Below are positions 37,151-51,111 of a stretch of 64,000 bases of DNA, one piece after another; the stretch's first letter is position 1, and the number at the start of each line of letters is the position of its first letter. Location: assembly GCF_001194135.2 (NCBI RefSeq), contig NC_068993.1:4968459-5032458 (forward strand). The letters run 5' to 3'. The notes beneath the pieces are model-generated. The model was given only the letters and a program-made list of their open reading frames with translations. It was not told the origin of the DNA and searched no databases. A program made the translations under genes and the position numbers. The stretch is from Octopus bimaculoides (taxonomy: Eukaryota).

Positions 37151-38449
37151 TTTTTCAGTTTCTGTCTATGAAATCCACTCAGAAGGTTTTGATCAGCTTC
37201 AAGTTAAAGGAGATGATTCTTTCCCATGATTCCTTGCATTGGTAGTGAAATGGAAATCATTTGGACAGAAGGCAAGATTAAAAGTGCTGAATCACAAAAC
37301 CTTGTTTTGATGAAGTGAATGCAAAAAAGAAATAAAGATCTATTAGGTTTATTGCATTATATCTTAGATGCTAATTAATTTAATTGATCCTCAATACTAT
37401 AAACCAGAAAAGGGTTAAATTCTTTAATTTATTGGTTTTCATATAATAAATTACTGTGTAAAATGTTCAATCAGAAATCGTCTTGCTTTTATTTCAAAAT
37501 GGCGGTGTTTAATAAAATTATCAAACAGCAACAGGTACACAAGCAACAAACAATTCTAATTTTCTTTTCATCAAAACCAATAAATCATATTTCTTGTCCA
37601 TCAGTTGCCACAACAAACCACACACAAGCACACCTGAAAATTTCTAGAAAAATAATTATTTTTGAAGTAATTCCAACTTCATTATTCCAATCATAAACAA
37701 CAAAAGCAACCAATGAAATTGCCTCAGGGTTGCTTCTGTTTCTTGCACAAATCTACTGTTGGCACCCTGAAACATTTTTTTTTTTTTAATCAATTTGGTT
37801 CACTGCTTTTCAATTTATTCATTATTACCAAACCTACAACCATGTTTGCTGTGAATAATGAAAATTTTTCAAAACCATATTTCTGTTACAAGAAACACGT
37901 TTTCAATGAAAACAATTTTGTAATTTGAAAAAATGCATGCTTTGGGAAACATTGACTGCCTCGATGTCACTGCACTATTATGGAACCAAATTGCTGATTC
38001 TTTAAATATAACAATGCCAGAGAATTGTTGGTTGAACTCACAAGAAAATATAAGCAAAGAAATCATAAATGCAGGGTAAGAATAAACCAAAGTTTTGCCT
38101 TTTTTTTACCTAAAAGAAATAGCCATGAATGAAAATATGAAGCATCCTCTAGATAGCAAAATCTAGTGTCATTGAAAAGGAAAGATGTTTCCACTCCTCT
38201 GAGGTGGATCAACAAATTTGGCACCAACAGACACCTGTGCCACGATACACAAAATAAATTCTGTTTATAACAAGCTCGCTGGGTTATCGAGACACCGGTG
38301 CCCCTACTGGCACTGTTTTTCTATATACTGCTGCCAGAGAGACTAGTCACTACTATCTCTAGGAAGTGTCCATCATTGACATGACCAAGGAATGTCAAAA
38401 TCATATGATCAGGTGGTCTCAGTGCTGGAGATGGCAGAAATTTATCTCT

Positions 38450-40411
38450 CTGTTAGCAACATAAAAAAAAATGTCTTTTGTACCAAAAGCTAATATCAGA
38501 ATTGCTCTCATGGTATCTACCACAGTATAGCTTGTTCTAACCATGTCCTGTAAGTCCACCATCGTTAATTCACCACAGGAAAAGTTCACCTTCATCGATT
38601 CATTGTTTTTGTTTTCAATAAAATAGTTTTTAACTATTAATGGTGAGATGCTATGGATGTATTTTCTCAGTAAACTTTCCTCGCGGTGAACTTTCTTCAC
38701 AGTGGATTGATGGCAGTGAACTTACCTGTAACCTGTTCTAACAGAACATCCACCTTTAAGTGGGGACGAAAACTCTGTTTTATAATCCCTGGTTTCTATA
38801 TTGAGAGACTTACAAGCTGAAGCAGGTACAAACTTTTCTTTTTATTGCATCCAACAAACAATTTTATGTTTTCACTGGTTTGATAATTTCTTGGTGATCA
38901 ATGAAGAATTTCTGGAACTTTAATATTTGCCAGACATAAAATCTTCAGAAATATTTTCAATCATGATGGATGCACTCACAAGACTGCAACTACATAGATG
39001 CAATTACAGAGGAATATGCTTTGATGTAGTAAGCTGCAGCCTTCAGGAAAAAAATTAGAGTTGCCAAATGCTTCGAAGAACTTCAAGTGAAATCAAAAGC
39101 CTTCAGTTGTCAAAGATATTCTTTAAGTCTGAGTGTGAAGAAAACTACAATGCAAGGTAAGATACTTTCAGATGTCATGAATAACAAGATTTTTATTCAG
39201 ATCAAAGGAGAGAAACTTTATGAGAGGAGTTGAAAGAGAATATAGAAAAGTCTGAAACACATTGACACTTGCTTGTATTTTCGGTGGTATAGAATGGATT
39301 TTCGTCACCCTATGCTGTAGCCAAATTGGTCACCCTTTTTGTGAAACATTAAATATCTTTGACTACAGCAAATACACACATTTAAAGTGGTCATGCTGGG
39401 TGATCCATACACTCCATGTTATGACACTCAAAGCCACTGAGTACCATAACTTTTTAGAGTACAAATTGCTTGCTTTAAACAAATACTTTGTAATTGTTCA
39501 ATTCTCTATGAGTGCTTGCAAGAATGTATATAGTTACAATTGGATGCTATTGTGCAAAACTGCATAACTGGATGCCAATCTCAAATGGAAACTTTTACTT
39601 CTTATTTAGACTAAACCTTGGGCAGCAATCGTACTTGCATAAAGATAATTTGTAATGTGATCAACAGAGCTACAGAGGAAGATGGAAATTCCTCAACAAG
39701 TTTTGAGAGATAAGTAGGATGGTGTTTCATTTGAAACCCTCGATGATTACATTGTGCAGGAGGCATGGATGTACCATTTCTTCTCTGAACTTGTATTCCC
39801 ATAGAAGCAAAAGGACCCCTAGAAAAACTGAAATGGAAAGTGGGGAATGTGCGTTTCCATTGCTAGCGCAAAGCCATTAGAGATATGTGTTTTATTTTGA
39901 GGTTGTAGTTAGAATAATCTCTTCTATTGTCCAGTGCTTTGATCAAACGAGATACAAGGTATATTTAAGGCTAGGAAACATTGCTTCTAAAGGCAATCAA
40001 CAAAGAGAAAAAGACTCCTCATCAGGAACCAATTTTATTAAGGAAAGATATGCCGATGACATTTCTGGCATTTGAAATTCCTATGAAAGAGGCCTTTGTT
40101 TATTGTTTGGCTAACAATGAAGACCATTTCCTTGAAAAGCAACCCATGACAGACACCTAATATGAGAGATTTGTAGAATTTGCCAACTTTAACTGGTAAA
40201 TCCTGTAACATCTGCTATGGTTGAATGAACATTTTCTCTAGTAAAGCGATTAAAGATATGTCTTCGGTCAAGAATGACACAAGAGACATTAAATTCTCTG
40301 ACTATACTTCTGTACCATAAAGAACGGTCAAACAAAGTAAATCTGATTGCAGTTTCAGCAGAATTTACTTCCCAAAATGAGAATAAGCAACAGAATTTTG
40401 GTAGATTCTAG
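38450..40411 (+). pseudogene. Fossil hAT transposase (ZMYM1/THAP12-like, Tip100-type); multiple stops and frameshifts
   Basis: Collinear motifs: ILCFHWFDNFLVINEEFLEL.YLPDIKS..LTRLQLHRCNYRGICFD; FRLNLGQQSYLHKDNL; FEVVVRIISSIVQCFDQTRYKVY; and the C-terminal dimerisation domain NPVTSAMVE.TFSLVKRLKICLRSRMTQETLNSL..HKER..NFGRF*. The element may extend upstream to about 37.45 kb. Confidence 0.85.
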
Positions 40412-41351
40412 CATATTGGTTTGAATATTAAAGTATTATAATTACAACAGATTTTCTCTCTTAGAATAACATTGTATAATTGATTATTTACTAAATGTTC
40501 CTGGTGCATTTTAATCAATGCCTTCCAAACCTTCAAATCAGGGAATAATTCAAGGAATGGACGCAGAGCAGTTTTGCATTTTGTTGGGGTATTGTTAGTC
40601 AATATCATCTTTTAATATAAATTACATTTATAAGACAGGGAGCTGGCAGAATCATTAGGGCTTCAGGGAAAATGCTTAGCAGCAGTACTAAGTTGAAAAG
40701 TCACCAAGGTCGACTTTGTCCTATTATTTTGTATTTCAGTTTCTTTCTCTCAAAGCAGTAAATTTCTTTGGCTTAGCCTCAACAGAATTTCCACCAGTAA
40801 AAATTTATACATTTCACAGGATTTTCATTGCATGGAAACTATTTATCTATTTGTGAGCATTTAACTTTACAACATCTCATTGACACAAAATCATGAAACT
40901 ACCAGAATACATTTTCCTTAACATTTCTACATCATTCTGACTTATCAATGTATGATTTTGCAAATACATTCATATAAACTATTACAAATCAATATCTAGA
41001 ATTGCCCATATTGAAATCTATATTTAACTTGTACTCTCATACCATGTGGTGTAGAATTACTGTTCCATGCAAACCATGAAGATCTGCTGAAGTCTTTCTT
41101 TCTGTTGGTGTAGAGGAAAACAATGGAAAATTAAATACAGCCATTTTTTGTTGTTATATTTATGAAATAAACCTTTTTAAATTTCTACTTTTAAGTTTGT
41201 CTCTGTACATTTTGTATAATATTCAGAATCATTACTGCAAGGCATGATGTTTCGTAAATGGATACGGCTATAAACAATGTGATCAAAGATTGAAAAAATA
41301 GACAACAAACGATTGTGTCTTTGCTGGTAATGAATATAAAAGTCTCCAATG

Positions 41352-41800
41352 AAGGCGGAGGGAGCTGACAGAAACGTAAGCATGCCGGGTGAAATGCTTA
41401 GCAGTATTTCGTCTGTCTTTATGTTCTGAGTTCAAATTCTGCCGAGGTCGACTTTGCCTTTCATCCTTTCGGGTCAATAAATGAAGTACCAATTGCGTAC
41501 TGGAGTCAATCTAATCGACTGGTCCCATCCCCCAAAATTTCAGGCCTTGTGCCTAGAGTAGAAAAGAATCATTAGAACACCGGATGAAATACTTGGCAGC
41601 ATTTCATCCATCTTTACACCCTGAGTTCAAATTCCTCTGGGGTGAACTTTACCTTTCATCCCTGAAATTCTTCTGTGGTCAACTTTGCTTCTCGTCCCAT
41701 TCAGGGTTGGTAAAATGAATACCAGTTGTGTACTGGAGGTCAATTTAATCAACTTACTCCCTCCTCTAAAGTTGCTCACCTTGCACCAATATTTAAATAA
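41352..41800 (+). mobile_element. Two tandem SINE family B copies (first well preserved)
   Basis: GGCGGAGGGAGCTGACAGAAACGTAAGCATGCCGGGTGAAATGC..GAGTTCAAATTCTGCCGAGGTCGACTTTGCC. Confidence 0.9.
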
Positions 41801-42621
41801 TTGAATTAATATTTTTACATACATAGTTATTTTACAAGGCAAGTAAATTTTATTAAATTCTTTTTCAGAAAGATAATATCTTTATTTGAACATTTTGATT
41901 TAACTTGATTTATAAGGAAGTCAAGAAGTCAAGTGAACCAAGTAATGCTCACAAAGAATAAAAAAAATGGAAAAACCATCATTGAATGAGCACAAAGTAA
42001 AAAGACATAAACAAGCTTGCTTTGAAGTCTGACACGGAAACTACTTTTTCGGAAAGAATAATTTAAGTGGTTTTGAATGTTTGCTTAATGACAGCAACAA
42101 AATAACATTAAAAACTACACACAAACACAAAAGTCACCAAATGAGAAACGCCAAGATAGAAACATTTCTGCCAGTTTTTGCCTGAATTACCTCCAAAATT
42201 TCATTCTTTGACTATGGAAAAAGCAAAGCCCAGAATGGAACAATGGAAAAGTCTCATTCACAAAGACTTTGTCTCTTTTTGCTAAAAAATTCAAGCAAGA
42301 AGAGACAAGGCAAAAATTAATTTACCTTATTGGTTGCCAGACACAGTGTGAGTGTGTGTTTTGTTTATGCACCAAATTTGCTGCAGAATATCACCCAAGG
42401 AAAGCTAACTTACACGAAGTCAAGGATTGAAAGCCCCCTGGTTATCACAAGGCATGCAAGACAACTCACCTCAGAATCACTGGAAATGGTAGATACCAAA
42501 GTTTCACTATTATTGAGGTATAGTGATATCATGTACTCAGATCACCTTGAAACATAGTGAATTGCTGGTCGATGATTTAAATGCAAATAGAGTGAAGTTG
42601 AAGCCAACAGGAGAAGCCCCT

Positions 42622-43105
42622 ATACAATGCCTGATAAAAAAAGTGTTGGAACTGGTGCTCTAAAAAGAAAACTACAGTGAATATCAATTAAACATTTAAT
42701 CTCTTTCAAAGCCACATTCTTTACCAAACCTCATTTCTAATGATGGAAGCATTCCTGGAACTTCTTTTGGTGGATTGCATTCTCTTGGATTTCCTCAACA
42801 ACTTGAAATCTTGTTCCTTCCAAGTGGGTTTTGATTTTTGCCTTGATTTCAGGGTCCTAGCAAAAGACCCATGATTTGTCACCATTTTCAAAAGGTTTTT
42901 TTTTTTCTTTGTCAGTACAATAATGGAGGCCCGGCACAACAGAAACCCAATTCCCCCTTTTTAGATAACCAATCGAACCACACTTTACTTCCAAGCACTG
43001 CTATAAACAGCAGAAGTGAGCGAGAACATTATAACTTGGTACACATACTTGACAGAGTTCAAGGTCCATTTGTGCGAAGCAGCTTCACCTTGCGTACTTG
43101 AGCTC
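42622..43105 (-). mobile_element. Mariner-family transposon, 3' part of transposase plus TIR
   Basis: Minus strand KIKTHLEGTRFQVVEEIQENA..FQECFH resembles the mariner C-terminus. Terminus TA-CAATGCCTGATAAAAAAAGTGTTGGAACTGGTGC at 42623. Confidence 0.65.
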
Positions 43106-43454
43106 CATTAACATAACAACAGATTCAATAGTTTCTGATCGGACATCATGTATGCATCTGCAATGGAGTTCTCTCAGCTTCAATCTACTAAATACACTCA
43201 CAAAGATTTGGTTGACCCAAATCTTTTGTTACTTGCCAGACAAACCACAAGATGGAATTGAACCCAAAACCATGCAGTCTGGAAACAAACGTCTTAACCA
43301 CATAGCCATGCATCTGTGAAAACTTTATCTTACATTTTCTATTGTCTCCAGCAAGCTGCCATTTGTGCAACCTTCATTAGTAAGGTTTGGCGCTAAACTA
43401 TGTCATAGACAGAGTTTATTTTACACTTTTCTCATCATTTAGAGAAATGGCATG

Positions 43455-43860
43455 TTTTATCTTTTACTAGTTTCACTTACTAAACCGCAGCCATGCTGGA
43501 GCACCACCTTGAAGGGTTTTAGCTGAATGGATTGACCTCAGTACATATTTTCTTCAGCCTGGCACTTATTCTATTGGTCTCTTTTGCTGAACCGCTAAGT
43601 TACAAGGACATCAGCAAACCAACACCTGTTGCCAAGTGGTGGTGGTGGAGGGCAAACACAGACACAAAGAAACACACATAGATATGCACACAGACACACA
43701 CACACACGATGGGCTTCTTTCAATTTCTGTCTACTGAATCCATTCACAAGGCCTTGGTTTGCAGAAGGCTTCAGCAGATGACACATACCCAAGATGCCAG
43801 ACTGTGAAACTGAATCAGGGACCATGTGATTGGGAAGCAAACCCTTTACTGCCATATGTA
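43455..43860 (-). mobile_element. SINE family A, full-length
   Basis: Tail, (AC)n spacer and head in reverse orientation. Confidence 0.85.
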
Positions 43861-44630
43861 TGTACAATTTTGGAGTTTTGAAGAAACACATCCTTGAGTC
43901 GAGTAAATATCTGAATCTACCATTCCATCTGACTTACATGATTATTATTATACAGTAAATGTCAATATATATATTGTCAATAGAAAGGAAACTGCATTGA
44001 GGCTATAGCAAGTGAATTTCCTTATTCTAAAGAATTATCTACATTTAAAATACAATCCAATATATTTTTCAAACACATTTTCTTTTTATTTCAAGAAATT
44101 GATTTATTTCGTTTTTTTCAACAGTCACACACACATATACATACACAACTAATATTTGACTATTGTATATACACAAATACACACAGATATACATACATAC
44201 ACACACGCGTACATACATATATGTGTGCTATGAATATATGCATGTATGTACGTATGTGACATATATACATTCATATATACATATACAAAATATATATAGC
44301 TATATACATCATATATATATATATANNNNNNNNNNNNNNNNNNNNNNNNNNNNNNNNNNNNNNNNNNNNNNNNNNNNNNNNNNNNNNNNNNNNNNNNNNN
44401 NNNNNNNNNNNNNNNNNNNNNNNNNNNNNNNNNNNNNNNNNNNNNNNNNNNNNNNNNNNNNNNNNNNNNNNNNNNNNNNNNNNNNNNNNNNNNNNNNNNN
44501 NNNNNNNNNNNNNNNNNNNNNNNNNNNNNNNNNNNNNNNNNNNNNNNNNNNNNNNNNNNNNNNNNNNNNNNNNNNNNNNNNNNNNNNNNNNNNNNNNNNN
44601 NNNNNNNNNNNNNNNNNNNNNNNNNNNNNN

Positions 44631-44688
<58 letters not shown>

Positions 44689-45002
44689 TGAACATTAACA
44701 TTTATGCGTGTGGTGGTGGGGAGGTGCATACAGATACTGCAAAGTTATTATATGAAAAATAGTATTGACATATTTGTCAACAGCAGATAGTGTTCACTTT
44801 CTGACATTGCTATCCTAACATTGACGAAAGAAAATTGATACTTTCACTGCTAATGAGATAAAACTAATGTCTTCCGAGACAAAGGTAATTTCTGTTTTTT
44901 TTTTTTTTTTTTAAATGCTAACAATCAACAATAAACAATACAATATGATATCTGATAGCGGAAACGTACATGGAGAGTATTACAGGGTGTATGGAGATAC
45001 AT

Positions 45003-45315
45003 GCCCAGGCATGACTGTGTGGTTAAGGTGCTCATTTTGCAAAACATTTGGTTGTAGGTTCAATCCAACTGAGTGCCACCATTGGCAAATCTCTTCTACT
45101 ATAGCACCAGGACAACCAATGCTTTGCCTTGTGAGTGAATTCTTTGGATGGAAACCATATAGAAGCCTGGTATAGACATACATGTGTGTGTATACATACA
45201 TACATTTCAAAATGTAACCACATGTGAAATGTTGGTGATTTTTCTCCTCTGTATTCCTTTTCTCTTGGACTTTCCTCTGTCTCCTGTTTCTAAAGAAGAG
45301 CTTTGCTAGCAATTT
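45003..45315 (+). mobile_element. SINE family A head with alternative CT-rich tail
   Basis: GGCATGACTGTGTGGTTAAG..GGTTCAATCC. The tail ends GAAGAGCTTTGCT, weakly like 14115-14131. Confidence 0.6.
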
Positions 45316-45699
45316 ATATTGTATACAAAGGGTGCAGCATCACACCGATAACCAGCTGGTGGCGAATCTGCCTGGGGTTAAACTAGTTGTAACATGAAAC
45401 AGCTACTTTGATGTGGTGACTAACTTTACTTTTGATTTAATTTTAAATATTCCTTTATCAGTTGTTTGTCCTACAAATAATATAAATGTTATGTCTATAA
45501 CAGATTATATCATCAATTACATTCCGTAGTTTATCAGTCAATTATCTTACAAATATTGTAAATGCTATATATGTAATAAATTATGTCTTTGATTTTCTTC
45601 CATAGTTATGATAGTGTTTGTGTAAAGTATTATATACATCGACCATAGCAGACTAATATTCCTCTCGTTTATTACCATAAGAATGATAGGAAATATTCC

Positions 45700-46132
45700 A
45701 ATAATATTGGTTTCAAATTTTGGCACAAGACCAAAATGTCAGTTACGTCAACCTCAGTGCTCAGCCGGTGCTTATTTCACCAAACTCAAAAGGATGAAAG
45801 GTAAAGTCGACCCAGGCAGTGTATGAACTCAGAACATAAACTTAGAATAAATTCAGTTCTGGTAATGACTCTGTCAGCTCCCTACCTTAAATATCTTGAT
45901 AATATTAACAACACTTGAAGGGCGTTGAGCTAAAAGAAACTATTACCACATCAGGTGAAATGCTCAGCAGCGTTTCATCCACCTTTAAATTCAGAGTTCA
46001 AATGCCACAGACTGACATTGCCTTTTATTCTTTTGGGGTCGATAAAATAAGTACCAGTTGAGTACTGGGGTCAATGTAATTTATTTACCCCTTCTCTGAA
46101 CTTGATGGCTTTGTGTCAAAATCTGATACCAA
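45700..46132. mobile_element. Divergent pair of SINE family B copies (minus 45700-45890, plus 45915-46132)
   Basis: Family B motifs on opposite strands with heads adjacent. Confidence 0.7.
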
Positions 46133-46644
46133 TTTTAACAACACCTCTATCTTAATTATGTGTTTGGTACACCCATGCTGTCTTCACTTCTAAGCCTAAG
46201 TGAAAGCAGCATGTTCTTNNNNNNNNNNAATTATGTGTTTGGTACACCCATGCTGTCTTCACTTCTAAGCCTAAGTGAAAGCAGCATGTTCTTTGTCTAT
46301 CTCCTTACCTTCTTGGAGATTTTAGGTAAAACTACACTAATGTGTCCATCTGTTTTAATTTAATTTAATACTATGTCTTTGTGCAGATGAGGATTGTTCT
46401 GCATTTTAAATTGATGTAATGATTGCATTGTTTAATTAAATGTAGTTGCTTGAAACAATCGTACTGCATTACCTCTGGATATCCTTGTTGTTTATTTTGA
46501 TTTTAATCACCTTATTTTGAAATTGTATGGATAATACCGTACTAAATTTATTGCTGAAGAACCTACATAAATGATTTGTTTATAGTAATCAAATGTTTGT
46601 GTTGTTCATCAGTTCATGCATTTCATCTGACTGATGTTGCCTAA

Positions 46645-46775
46645 ACAGGTGCATGGTGTACCACACATCAGGCTTCAATGTGATTGCTCAAAAACACAAT
46701 GCACCACCCAATCCAGGGATTGAAACCACAGTCCTGTGATCATGAGTGCAAACACCCTTAGCCACTAGGCCAAGG
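46645..46775 (-). mobile_element. SINE family D head
   Basis: GCTCAAAAACACAATGCACC..GGGATTGAAACCAC..CCCTTAGCCACTAGGCC. Confidence 0.7.
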
Positions 46776-47429
46776 ACCATTACTCACTGTAGAAATGACT
46801 ATTAGATAAGTAGTAAAATAGTTCAGTAAATGATGCTCAAAGGAGAATTTCATTGTTTTCTGTGTCCATAGTTTATGTGGTTTATTCAGATTGATTTGTT
46901 GAAAGGATATCTTGAAAATAATCTGTGTTTGTGCCGAGCCTAGCATTCATCTTGAAATGTTTCAATGGCTCTTCCGGTGGTTTGTCTGCCCCAATCAAAG
47001 TTAATTGCAGCAGCAACAAAACAATAATTACATTCTCGTTATTTTTACTGCCATAGCTATTTTAATAACATGTCATCCATGAAATGCGTGTTTGGAAATG
47101 AGAAATAATTCTTTAAATAAATAGCTCTCGATGTCAGAGTCACTACAATGAATCACATCTGTCTTTCATCGTGACTCATATTAAATGTGTGACTCTTGTG
47201 GTCATAAATTATTCAAATAGAGATATTCATTAATGAGTGACTGCTTTCAGGAATCTTGCTTCGTCTTTCCGATGCCGCCACAAAAGAGGGTTAATGACAA
47301 TGAATCAAAATAACTGTTGTGTTTAATGACTACTTCTTTTTGTCGCTGCTGATGTTGTTGATGTCGTTGTTGTTGTTGTGGTTATTTTTGTTTTTTGTTT
47401 CTTCACCCATGTTAAAATTGGAAACTTAC

Positions 47430-47600
47430 TTGCAGTTAGTGTCGGAGCAAAATCAATCGACTCAAAATTAATACCATTCACCAATTTAGCTCTTCACAGA
47501 ACTCTCGCTATTTCTGCGTCTATCGGAACAAAATTTCTTTGTCCATTGATTCCAATTACAGAATTTTTCACTACATGTTGACTTCTTCACAGGATTCTCA
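47430..47600 (-). other. Candidate exon (171 nt)
   Basis: Minus strand ttggttttctatgttgaag|TGAG..CTGCAA|gtaagt; non-repetitive and CpG-retaining. One frame reads ENPVKKSTCSEKFCNWNQWTKKFCSDRRRNSESSVKS*. Confidence 0.35.
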
Positions 47601-48837
47601 CTTCAACATAGAAAACCAAATTACAACAACAACAACAACAACAACAACAATAATAATAATAATAATAACAACAACAAAAAAATGGAAATATTGTATTAAA
47701 AAAATATTTTCAAGTAACCGACACTGTTATTGAGCAAACTGGAAAATATTTGCCAGAATGAATCTTATTCAGGCCAACAGAAGAATTTCAGCTAATTGGC
47801 ATTAATTTTTATTTATTTATTTATTCATTCTTTTAAATGTTGTTTTCCTTTTTTTATTTCAACACATTTTGAAGTGAAAAATTTCAAAGTTAATACAATT
47901 ATTCTTCGTTGTTGTCTTTATTTCTTAGAGGAAATATGAATTATTCCTACATTCAATTTTGAAGCTTATTCTGCAAATAAAAATTAAATTAAAAAACAAA
48001 AAAAAAGCATTTGAATAAAGTTCAAAAAAAGAAAGACATGAAATAATATTTTTGAAAGAATTTTAGTTTTTTATCATAAAATTATCAACATTTTGTGAGG
48101 CAGTGTTGTTGTTTTTCTCTCTATTTCTTGTACGAGTCACTGAATGCACACAAATGCATTTCTCATGTGTGTGTGTGTATCTGTGTATACGCACACATAT
48201 ACTCAGTCACACACATATGTACACACAAAAAAACAGGCATGAAATATGTTTGAACTCGTACACACATATCTTTGCTTATCTTTGTATGCATGTGTGTGTG
48301 TATATATATCTATGTATGTATGCGTATGTATATAGATGTGCATACATAGGTGTGTGTGTGTGTGTATGAATGTATGTGTGTATGTATGTATGTGTACATG
48401 CATGCCAGTGTGTGTATATAAGTGTAAATGTGTGTGTGAGTGTATGTGTATGTGTGTGTTGTGTGTGTGTCAGTGTGTGTGTGTAGGTGTGTGGACATAA
48501 TTTACATTTATTATCAGTAAATGTTGAATGGTCAAAATGTGTATATGTGTGTGTGCATGCAGTGTGTGTGCATGCAGTGTGTGTGTGTGTATGTGTGTGC
48601 CTGTGTTGTGTGTGTGCATGTGGTGTGTGTATGTGTATGTACTTGGGTGGTCAAAGTTCAAATGCTGCCACAGTCTATGTGGATGGTAGACTCAGTCCAT
48701 TACGTCATTTAACACCATCACTGACACCTTAAACACTTTTAGCAGAATCCACGTTATGGCATTCATTCACCATCATCATCATCACCACCACCATCATCAC
48801 CATCACCATCATCATCATCATCACCACCATCATACCC

Positions 48838-48985
48838 ATCATCATTTAACATCTGTTGAACCATGCTGGCATGAGTTGTATGGTTTGACCAGGGCTGCTA
48901 AGCTGAGGGGCTGCACCAGACTCCGGTCTGATTTGGCAAGGGATTTACGGGCTGGATGCCCTTCCTAGCGCCAAAGTGCACCACC
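48838..48985 (-). mobile_element. SINE family C
   Basis: CATCATTTAACATC..CCATGCTGGCATG..GCTGGATGCCCTTCCTAGCGCCAA. Confidence 0.75.
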
Positions 48986-49895
48986 AGACATGGACCCTGC
49001 AACTTGCCAAACAGTTTATCATGCTTTGAGGAAAGCAGCTCTGTAAAAAGCTGAAACAGGTAAGACAAGTGTTTAGTCTTGCTGGATGGGATGAACTTTC
49101 TAGTACTGTAAAGCGTGAGAGAATCTTAGGCAAGTTATTCCACTTCAGTGCAGCTATTGCTCTCTTCAATCAGTAAACTCTCACAACGCTTCATCGCCAT
49201 TCTTTGCTCCCTCCAAGCTCTTACCTGTGGCAATTGGTCTTATTAAACACCTTACGGCTTTTATTGCACTTTCACAACAAAGAAGAAAGGGCACCGGCCA
49301 GCCCAAAGGTTGGGGTGGGCCCTAACTGCCTACCTCGGTTGCTATGGTATTGAGGTAGATCTGGTCACACTCCCCAACCATCCTGCTAATGGGGACAAAA
49401 TCTTGATTTAAAACACTGGATAATGATGGTGATGATGATTTGACAGTTAGCAGGCCAAAACTTCGAAGTCACTATCACCAATCATCTTGTTCAACTATAA
49501 TAAATAAGCAAGCAGCGAAAAGTATTATGTAATTTTTCAGTTTAATGTAAAATTGTTTTTTTAATGCAACCCAACGTAAAAACAAAGTATACCTGTGTAT
49601 GTGTGTGTGTGTGTGTTTGAGGATGTTTGTGCTTGGGTGTGTGTGTGTGTGGAGAGAGAATGTGAGATGTGTAGCATGTGTTTGCATGCATATGTATGTA
49701 TAATTAAAATTTATGTGCATGTATATTGATATATAAGCGCATACATATTTTTATTTTCACACACACACACTCACTTATGCACACACATGTGCATATATGT
49801 GCATATGCTGTTTCCCGTGCAACATCTGCAGAGTCTGTAACCAACGATAGAGCTACATACATGCATGTATGTATACATGTATGTGCATATATGTA

Positions 49896-49946
<51 letters not shown>

Positions 49947-50565
49947 GTGTGTGTGTGTGTGTACTAAAAATAATGTTTGACAATATATTTGAAAAGTCAG
50001 CATTTTTCTGGGGTTTTTTTTTTTTTGCGATAAACATTTTGAATTGTTATTTCGTCATGAACAATTAGAAAAAAAAATTTTTTTTTTTCCCAAAATTTTA
50101 TCAAACAAATCTTTCTCGATGCATTTGTCCGCACTTTGTATAGATGTGTTTTGATAATGTTGACATTTGTATATTTTTCTTTCCAATCACACGGCATTTA
50201 TTTCAATAGGAAATTAGAGAAAGCTGTCAGCAAAATAGCAATGTTTACACCACCATCATTATCAATATCTAATTAGTCATCATCATCACAGCCATCATCA
50301 TCATCATCATCATCATCATCAGTGCCATTCTCGTCATAATCATCATTATCATCATCATCATCATCATTGTGGTCGTCATCATCATCTTCATGACTGCAAC
50401 CATCGTCATCATCACTGTCTCGTTCCTACCATCATTGTCATCAGTTTCATCATCACTTTCATCGTCATCATCATCGTTATCATCATCATCATCAATATCA
50501 CCACTACCACCACCACAACCACACCTATCACCAGAACCATCATCACCACCACGCCCACGCCCACC

Positions 50566-50623
<58 letters not shown>

Positions 50624-51111
50624 CCATCTCTGTGTTTACACTTTATATTTCAACACTTGTTTTCAATGGAACACAAGCTTACAAAGTAATTCTCTGGTTT
50701 TGTTTTGTTTGTTTGTTAGTTTGGGTATTTTTCTTTTGGTTATTTTTTTTTGGGGGGGGGGTTCTGTACATATGACATTTTGGTGTTTGGATATTTCTTT
50801 TTTTCTTTTTGTTGTTATTCGTTCTTGCCTTTTCCTCTCAACTTGTTAATCAGTATTTATAAGCTGAGAAGCTGCAGTAGTTAATTGGTGTTTAAGTCTG
50901 GCATAAAGTTGACGAGATTAACTTTCTGCAATCCTATGAATTTGCAAAGAAGACTTTTACAAAATATACAATTTCTTTGAATCAGATAAGTTTGTGAGTC
51001 AAGAGAAGATCTGCGCTCTCATGTTAGACATCTTATTAACGCTACTATTCATTAATTTCTTATTTAATTATCCTATTTTTATTCTTTTTCCCGCCTTTTA
51101 TCAATAGCTAC

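Noticed and set aside
38419-38700. 93-aa minus-strand ORF MKKVHREESLL..
   Set aside because: Antisense to the plus-strand hAT fossil; most likely a chance open frame.
46154-46293. Exact 65-bp direct repeat separated by a 10-nt spacer (looks like CRISPR or a tandem duplication)
   Set aside because: The spacer is a 10-N gap. Identical sequence either side of a minimal gap is the signature of overlapping contig ends, i.e. an assembly artefact.
46309-46349. 41-nt minus-strand exon candidate with a strong donor
   Set aside because: The acceptor lacks a polypyrimidine tract and the segment lies next to an assembly artefact.
47430-47610. Frame with two in-frame TGA codons (..RIL*RSQH..RVL*RAKL..) suggesting a selenoprotein or readthrough
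   Set aside because: No SECIS seen, no redox motif context and no known homology; a chance CTGTGAAGA repeat explains it.
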